Source: a virus
Taxonomy: Duplodnaviria; Caudoviricetes
DNA length: 39,069 nucleotides
Reading direction: 5' to 3' (one strand)
Virus record (IMG/VR): IMGVR_UViG_3300048599_000766
Coordinates: 1 to 39,069 of that record
In this document: in pieces, positions 33,988-39,069 of the stretch
Layout of the letters: each line of letters opens with the position of its first letter
Position numbering within the stretch: position 1 is the stretch's first letter
Program-made: the position numbers and the translations under genes
Notes under the pieces: model-generated
The model's database searches: none
What the model saw: only the letters and a program-made list of their open reading frames with translations
What the model was told of the DNA's origin: nothing

Positions 33988-34223
33988 GCCAGCAGCAGTT
34001 GGGATAGGGGGCCCGCCTCGCCTGGTCTGCTCCTGATCCGCTCCATACCCAGCACGACGAAGCGGGAAATGGCGCTCATGGCCAAAGCCTCCAGCTCCAC
34101 GAGCGTCAGCGCGGAAATGGGCTGGTGCAGGCGACCTCTTGCTTCGAGCCAACCGCCGATAGCCCTTGCCGCCTCCCGCGTCATGTATGCCTGCCATTCG
34201 TCGTCACTCATGGCGTCAGCCAT
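33984..34223 (-). CDS. Hypothetical protein (~75-79 aa)
   Basis: Fills the gap between the SSB-like and DUF6511-like genes; start 34223 or 34211. Confidence 0.7.
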   Translation of the reverse strand: MADAMSDDEWQAYMTREAARAIGGWLEARGRLHQPISALTLVELEALAMSAISRFVVLGMERIRSRPGEAGPLSQLLLA

Positions 34224-34935
34224 TGAGCCAGGACGGTCCGGCCGGAGCGGAAGGCGACGGTGCCGACAAGGAGGTGGATGTAGACGGCGAGTTCACTGGT
34301 TGCGCCGTCCATGGCTTGTCGGTCACTGGCGGCGCCGTGTTCCAGGCGGGCGCCTGCGAACCTGCGGGCTGTTGCTTGCGAGCGCGAGCTTTCACCGGAT
34401 CAGCCGGCACGATCTCGCCGCGCATGATAGGTCCGTGGGTCGGCTCACCAGGGAGCACCACGTTCGCGAGCTTGTTGGCATCCTTGTATTGCGGGTCCGA
34501 GGACGGCTCGATCATGACGCGCGCGGCGAACACGATGCCGTCGAGCTGCTTCAGGCCTTGCAGAACCCGCTTCTGCTTGGCGCCAGGGCTCTCGTCGCGG
34601 GGATCGAGGCCGAGCGCGCTGTCGATCATGGCGCGGAAGGTTGCCTTTGAGATGTTCCAGCCCTTCGACTGGCCCTTGTCGTCAAGCTTGCCGCCAGACA
34701 CGGTGAACATCTGCCAGAACTTGCGCCGGGCGAACGGCCCTTCGATCACGGTGAACTCGCAGTCGAGCAGCTTGGCGTCGCTCGACCGAGAGGCCTTGAG
34801 CAGCCCGGCGTCCATCGGCATTGCACCGTTCGTGCCGCCCGGGCGGATGTTCATGCGCAGCTTGGCGAAGGTGCCGTCGGGGATGAGGTCGCCGGTCGGC
34901 GGCATCTGCGGGCCGGCGTCGTTCATGTCGTACAT
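34216..34935 (-). CDS. Single-stranded DNA-binding protein, DUF669-like (239 aa)
   Basis: LIPDGT, LDCEFTVIEGPFARRKFW, OB-fold-like core, Pro-rich tail ending PSW; directly after Sak4; RBS AAGGAG. Confidence 0.75.
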   Translation of the reverse strand: MYDMNDAGPQMPPTGDLIPDGTFAKLRMNIRPGGTNGAMPMDAGLLKASRSSDAKLLDCEFTVIEGPFARRKFWQMFTVSGGKLDDKGQSKGWNISKATFRAMIDSALGLDPRDESPGAKQKRVLQGLKQLDGIVFAARVMIEPSSDPQYKDANKLANVVLPGEPTHGPIMRGEIVPADPVKARARKQQPAGSQAPAWNTAPPVTDKPWTAQPVNSPSTSTSLSAPSPSAPAGPSWLNG

Positions 34936-34953
34936 GGTCGTTCTCCTTGTCGG

Positions 34954-35835
34954 TCAGGTTGTCAAAGCGGGTGCACCGTGACGCGGTGCGGCAGGTGAGA
35001 AGGCAGAGCCCCGGTTGATCTTTGCCAGCAGTGCGCCGAGGTCCGGCGGCTCAGTCACGTCGAGGCGCCCGGAGCGGTCCTTGGCAGGCAGTCCAAACGG
35101 GTTGCCTGCACGGCACACCAGCCGGCGCTCGGTTGCCCGTTCGTCGAGGACGTAGTTTCCCTCGCTGTCACGGGTGAAGAGGTGCAGCGACATCACCTGG
35201 TCCACGATGCCGGGCAGCTCACGCCCGGTTCGGGAGCCCTCCATCTGGGGCTGCCAGGTGACTCCGTGGGTCTCGTCGGTCACCTTCTCCAGCACGCCCA
35301 CGAAGATCACGGTCTTGGCCGGCGCATGTTGCAGGTGCTTCAGCGCCTGGATGACCTCCCGTCCGAGCAGCCCGTAGGCGCCCCGGACATCCGGCTTTCC
35401 GGTCCGCTCAGAGAAGGCTTCCGGCTGCTGCCGGGCGTAGACCATGGCCTGCCGCGAGAGATCGGTGATCGAGTCCACGAACACGATCGTCTTCGAGGCG
35501 AGATATTCTTCGACGCCAGTGCCGGCATAGATGCCGCGCACGTGCTGGTGATGGTGGGCGCTATACCAGGCATTGGGATCGGCGGCGGGATCGGGACCGC
35601 CGATCAGCACGGCGAGATCGCGGAAGTCGGGGAAGCTTCGGACCGGAATGCTGCCGCCCGGCCAGTCCTGCACCGACTTCATTCCTGCCTCGAGGTCGAG
35701 GCAGACGGTCTCGGCCGGCGGCAACGACTTCAGCATGAAGGTCTTGCCAGATCCCGGCGGGCCGAAGATGGCGAACGAGGTCTTGTTGTTGGCGGCCGAA
35801 AGCCGTTCGTCGGCGGTTACGATGCGTACGGGCAC
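34954..35835 (-). CDS. Sak4-like AAA_24 ATPase / single-strand annealing protein (293 aa)
   Basis: GPPGSGKT, LDLEAG, FVDSIT, ELPGIVD, AKDRSG. Confidence 0.88.
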   Translation of the reverse strand: MPVRIVTADERLSAANNKTSFAIFGPPGSGKTFMLKSLPPAETVCLDLEAGMKSVQDWPGGSIPVRSFPDFRDLAVLIGGPDPAADPNAWYSAHHHQHVRGIYAGTGVEEYLASKTIVFVDSITDLSRQAMVYARQQPEAFSERTGKPDVRGAYGLLGREVIQALKHLQHAPAKTVIFVGVLEKVTDETHGVTWQPQMEGSRTGRELPGIVDQVMSLHLFTRDSEGNYVLDERATERRLVCRAGNPFGLPAKDRSGRLDVTEPPDLGALLAKINRGSAFSPAAPRHGAPALTT

Positions 35836-35866
35836 GAGATGCTCCAGAGGTTGAGGGAGGTGGGAG

Positions 35867-35934
35867 ACGGCGGGGCTTTGACCGGGTGCCGAAGAGGTAC
35901 CTGCTCGTCCTTGCGGATCGAGCTGCCCCGCCGT
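35867..35934 (-). ncRNA. Putative structured RNA (three-way junction), C4-antisense-like
   Basis: Perfect 10-bp outer stem ACGGCGGGGC/GCCCCGCCGT enclosing a GCAA-tetraloop hairpin and a second hairpin; fills the intergenic gap before sak4. Confidence 0.55.
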
Positions 35935-35938
35935 TGGA

Positions 35939-36430
35939 TCAGCTCCTCTCGCCGGTGAGCGAAAGTCGGATGGTCTGCTTGCCGGTATTCACCGTGCGCG
36001 CCGGCGCGAACGCTGCGCGGATGCTGTCCGGCCAGGCGGTGTACTTGCGCTCAGGCACCTTGATCGCGATGTCGACGTACTGGGCAGGGTCATCGCCGCT
36101 GGCGCGGATGCGCTCGACCATGGCTGCAATGAGATGCTGGTCCCAGTCGACCTTCTTCGGCAGGTCCGCGACCACCGTGACGCCGTCCTGCTCGAACCGC
36201 ACGGTGCCGGTGTCCTTGCCCGCCTCGTGGCGCAACGCCTGGGCGCGGTCTGCGAAGCGCAACACGATCGCGGCGTCGATCCATTCCTTGAGCTGCTTGC
36301 TGGCGTCGAGTTCCGCGGCGGCGTCCTCCTGCAGCAGCGCCAGGTGCTCGACCGGAAGCATCGCGATCTCGCCGATAGGCTTGTGTCGGATCTCCTCCAT
36401 TCTCGGACGATTGGTCGTTGCTTCGGTCAC
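35939..36430 (-). CDS. Conserved-looking phage protein upstream of Sak4 (163 aa)
   Basis: GTG at 36430 overlaps the previous stop (GTGA) after GGAGG; GKDTGTVRF...DLPKKVDWDQ...KVPERKYTAWP. Confidence 0.8.
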   Translation of the reverse strand: MTEATTNRPRMEEIRHKPIGEIAMLPVEHLALLQEDAAAELDASKQLKEWIDAAIVLRFADRAQALRHEAGKDTGTVRFEQDGVTVVADLPKKVDWDQHLIAAMVERIRASGDDPAQYVDIAIKVPERKYTAWPDSIRAAFAPARTVNTGKQTIRLSLTGERS

Positions 36431-36777
36431 GATGCGACCTCCTTCAAAAGGGCGGATGAAAGAGACTGTGGGATCTTGTCGGCTTGCAGCCGCGCGATCG
36501 CGAGGTAGGAGAAGTTGTCGGGCCCGTTGCGCCGCTGAACGAGGTGGACCAGCCCTTCCTCGGCCGCCCACCACGCTCGGCGTGCCACGCGGTTCAGTTC
36601 GCGTCGCCTGTGCCCTTCGAATGATTGGCTGCAGTCGCCCGCATCCATGGCGAGAAGGCCACGGTGGTATTCCAGCCTGTCGCCTGTGCTGGCGTGAGCG
36701 AGCCAGGTGCCGAACTGGATCGCGTTGACGAGAAGGGCTCCGCTCGCACTCGTCGCAGGAACAGAGCTGCTGCTCAC
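36427..36777 (-). CDS. Hypothetical protein (116 aa)
   Basis: GTGA overlap with the Xis-like gene; LEYHRGLLA...GLVHLVQRR...YLAIAR. Confidence 0.75.
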   Translation of the reverse strand: MSSSSVPATSASGALLVNAIQFGTWLAHASTGDRLEYHRGLLAMDAGDCSQSFEGHRRRELNRVARRAWWAAEEGLVHLVQRRNGPDNFSYLAIARLQADKIPQSLSSALLKEVAS

Positions 36778-37034
36778 TGCGCCACCACCGCCGGCTTCGC
36801 GGCCGGCACGGGATGGCAAACTCGAGCCTTCTCGAAGGCCTGAATGTCCTCAAGCCGGTACATGATCCGGCCGCCGATCTTCAGGAACGCCGGCCCCATT
36901 CCGTCATGCCGCCAACGTTCCAGGGTGCGGTGACTGATGCTCCAGCGCCGCGCCAGCTGCTTGCTGCCAAAGCATTCAATCCGCTCCATCGTCTCGATCA
37001 CTCCCATCTGCTGCATGGGCAAAGGATCGATCAT
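36774..37034 (-). CDS. Excisionase/AlpA-like HTH DNA-binding protein (start may be slightly downstream)
   Basis: LARRWSISHRTLERWR..G.GPAFLKIGGRIMYRLEDIQAFE. Confidence 0.88.
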   Translation of the reverse strand: MIDPLPMQQMGVIETMERIECFGSKQLARRWSISHRTLERWRHDGMGPAFLKIGGRIMYRLEDIQAFEKARVCHPVPAAKPAVVAQ

Positions 37035-37040
37035 CGAGGG

Positions 37041-37126
37041 GTGGGATGTCGTTTGGCTGCCGGGTGGGAAGAACCGTGGGAAATGATGGGCCGAAGGGTG
37101 GGAAAGAGGTGGGAGGGCCTCCCACC
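37041..37126. promoter_or_regulatory. Phased GTGGGA direct-repeat array ending in a perfect palindrome; putative operator
   Basis: GTGGGA at 37041, 37064, 37076, 37098, 37109 (degenerate ATGGGC at 37086); GGTGGGAGG-G-CCTCCCACC at 37108-37126. Confidence 0.7.
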
Positions 37127-37142
37127 CCGTGTGGACAACTGT

Positions 37143-37982
37143 TTATCCGCGCTGCCAAACGGCAGCTGACCCCATTGCCCGCTCGCGCTGAACTCTTGCC
37201 TGCGCCGCATGCTCAGAAGCTTGAACAGGCCGCGGAAAAACTCTGACCCGCGTTGCCGCTCCAGATCGTCTGAACAGGCGAACGCGCCCGGGCTCCGGCG
37301 ATAGCATCGTCACGTTCATCCGATACCCACCGTTGCCGTTGGCTTCGATCAATTGCCGCCAAACCGGCTTGTGCCTGAATAGGTCGACCAGCCGCAAGGA
37401 ATTGGCTTTGGCCTCGGTCAAGAGCTGCTGCGCTTCGCACCAAGGTTCGCCCTTCTCGCGAGAAGCCTTCAGCAATCGCAGCACGGCAGCTTGCTTCTTG
37501 CCGAACTTGTGCCATGCGCCGCCGAACAGCACCCGCGTGAAGTCATCGTTGTGCCAGTTCTCGGCTGCCGTCGGTGGTGCAGCTGGCGCCGACGTTGCCG
37601 CATGCTCCGTTTCGAAGCGGTCCCGTTCCTCGCGCGTCACGATCAGGTCGTCGCGGCGCACGACTACGCCAGGCACATCCGTCCTGATGTGCAGATATGT
37701 GCTCGGCTCCTCGGTACGAAACGCGCGAACCTCGGCCTGCCCGTCGCGAAACACCTCGAGCAGACTGCTTCGCGGCAACGGTTGCGGACCGGTCAGTATC
37801 GGTAGGTCGTGCAGCACTCGTTGCGCACCCTCCCAGATGCCCGACTCCGCAGGCAGGTCGACCACGAACACCGACAGCTGCAGCATCTCGTCGAGGGCAT
37901 AGTCTTCGAGATCAGATACAGCCATCGACCATCGCTTGGCGATCTCGGGCAAGCGAAACCAACGCTTCTGCGGCAGTGGCAC
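37143..37982 (-). CDS. Putative DNA-binding regulator (N-terminal HTH-like, C-terminal winged-helix-like; 279 aa)
   Basis: WFRLPEIAKRW N-terminus; FGKKQAAVLRLL...RLVDLF...W..LIE...GGYRM C-terminus; GTG start after GGAGGGG. Confidence 0.7.
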   Translation of the reverse strand: MPLPQKRWFRLPEIAKRWSMAVSDLEDYALDEMLQLSVFVVDLPAESGIWEGAQRVLHDLPILTGPQPLPRSSLLEVFRDGQAEVRAFRTEEPSTYLHIRTDVPGVVVRRDDLIVTREERDRFETEHAATSAPAAPPTAAENWHNDDFTRVLFGGAWHKFGKKQAAVLRLLKASREKGEPWCEAQQLLTEAKANSLRLVDLFRHKPVWRQLIEANGNGGYRMNVTMLSPEPGRVRLFRRSGAATRVRVFPRPVQASEHAAQARVQRERAMGSAAVWQRG

Positions 37983-38015
37983 GTTCCCCTCCGTTGTCTC
38001 TTTGCGTCAAACAGT

Positions 38016-38060
38016 CATGGCGCACGCGAATTAGCCCCTCAGCGTCATCGCGTGCCCATG
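38016..38060. other. 13-bp inverted repeat after the ImmA-like gene
   Basis: CATGG(C)GCACGCGA ... TCGCGTGCCCATG with an 18-nt loop. Confidence 0.4.
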
Positions 38061-38068
38061 CCGTGGTC

Positions 38069-38791
38069 CTAATGCACGAGCCCGTATCGATGCAGACGAA
38101 TTTCGATGAACGTCGCGGACACGCCGAACCGTTCGCCGAGGTCGATCAGCAATCCCTCGATTCGGCTGGGATCGCTTCTCCTGCACAGGACTGGCTCGCT
38201 CTCGCCCGCATCGAATAGAGCAAGACCAGACGCGACCGAGTGGCGGACCAGTTCCCGTTGAAGCACCGAGCGTGGAACCAGAAGCGCTCCCATGAACTCG
38301 TTTGCCCGGAACTCGCGCCAGTCCGTTCCCTTGTGCCCAGGCGATTCGAGATGGCTTTCGTCTGGTGTCACCATCGCGAAAGCAGGCTTGCCCGCTTGAC
38401 GCAGCATGGACGGACCATCGAACACAGCATGGCCAAACTCATGCGCGATGGTCGATCGCTTGAGATAGTCTCGATCGGCGATCAGCTCGGCGTTCACGCT
38501 GATCAGCACCACGCCCGGCACTGCCGGATCGGCTTCCGTAACCCCCAATGCCTCGCGGCCGGCCCCATCGCGAATGGTCCTTTGCAGGTCCCAGTGCATC
38601 GAAACAGCGATGCCGTTGACGCGCATGCTCTTAGTCGCGCGCGTCACGCGGTCCAGGTCCAGGAGCGGTACATTCGGCCTGGGCGTCAGCTGACGACGCA
38701 CTTGATTGGCCACGCTCCAGATCTGCTGCGCCTTCATCGGCAGTGGCTCTTTGCCGGGGCCAACGTAGGGGTAGGTGATTTCCAGTGTCAC
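38069..38791 (-). CDS. ImmA/IrrE-family metallopeptidase (anti-repressor-like, 240 aa)
   Basis: RSTIAHEFGH (HExxH), EFRANEFMGALLVP, LGERFGVS...RL. Confidence 0.92.
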   Translation of the reverse strand: MTLEITYPYVGPGKEPLPMKAQQIWSVANQVRRQLTPRPNVPLLDLDRVTRATKSMRVNGIAVSMHWDLQRTIRDGAGREALGVTEADPAVPGVVLISVNAELIADRDYLKRSTIAHEFGHAVFDGPSMLRQAGKPAFAMVTPDESHLESPGHKGTDWREFRANEFMGALLVPRSVLQRELVRHSVASGLALFDAGESEPVLCRRSDPSRIEGLLIDLGERFGVSATFIEIRLHRYGLVH

Positions 38792-39069
38792 CGGGTCCTC
38801 CCAACCGCTTGTTGCCGGTAGACGGCGATCACATCCTCGGTCCGCGACCGCAAATCCGGCGGCAAGCGTCTGGCCGCTGCGAACACCTCGTCGGTCGGCA
38901 GGTCGAGCGCTCGCGCCAATGCCGTCATCAGCCGATCCGGCGGCGGGTTTTCCCGCTCGCGCTCAATGCGCGACAGGTAGGCAATGGAAATGTCGACCCG
39001 CCGCGCCAGTTCGGTGAGGGTCATCTCCCGCTCTTCACGCTCGCGGCGAAGGTACTTTCCGAAGGCCAC
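38788..39069 (-). CDS. XRE-family HTH repressor (ImmR-like, 93 aa)
   Basis: FGKYLRRERE...TLTELARRVDISIAYLSRIER; GTGA-coupled to ImmA; start at the window edge. Confidence 0.9.
   Translation of the reverse strand: MAFGKYLRREREEREMTLTELARRVDISIAYLSRIERERENPPPDRLMTALARALDLPTDEVFAAARRLPPDLRSRTEDVIAVYRQQAVGRTR

Larger units (their letters stand above)
717..39069 (-). mobile_element. Prophage (siphovirus-type; HK97-like head, lambda-like tail, primase-VapE replication module); boundaries not defined, extends beyond right edge
   Basis: Contiguous co-oriented phage regulatory, replication, packaging, head and tail genes with many ATGA/GTGA start-stop overlaps; no integrase or att site in the window. 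Confidence 0.97.

Noticed and set aside
36421-36430. 6-nt complementarity between the candidate RNA junction (CGGTCA) and the start region of gene 35939..36430
   Set aside because: Too short to be significant in GC-rich DNA; also matches ordinary Met-Thr starts elsewhere
37041-37126. GTGGGA array as a CRISPR array or G-quadruplex
   Set aside because: Repeats and spacers are far too short for CRISPR; a G4 is formally possible but the helical phasing and palindrome fit protein binding sites better

Overview
The window is almost entirely one temperate siphovirus-type prophage, read on the minus strand from right to left. The host is probably a high-GC alphaproteobacterium, inferred from the gene families. 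Gene order: XRE repressor, ImmA-like protease, putative wHTH regulator and Xis-like HTH (39069-36774); a Sak4/SSB/Cas4-like/RecD-like/primase-VapE recombination-replication block with an iteron-like putative origin (36777-28700); RuvC-like, DUF6378, Lar-like and a possible late regulator; HNH, putative cos, ParB-DNA methyltransferase, P27-type TerS and TerL; an HK97-type head in the order protease-capsid-portal; and a lambda-like tail (tube, G/T chaperones with a -1 frameshift, tape measure, M, L, K, I, J, fibre). Two plus-strand insertions interrupt the packaging region: a DUF3489 cassette between terS and terL, and an AT-richer DUF4238 moron between terL and the protease. No integrase, att site, holin or endolysin is visible. 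The most notable observations are (1) a lambda gpM-like distal tail protein fused in frame to about 740 extra residues ending in a six-hairpin glycosidase-like domain, (2) the DUF4238 candidate defence gene flanked on both sides by a GTCCG-N15-CGGAC palindrome, (3) a three-way-junction, C4-antisense-like RNA structure upstream of sak4, and (4) a helically phased GTGGGA array upstream of the Xis-like gene. All family assignments come from motif recognition by eye; no database search was run.
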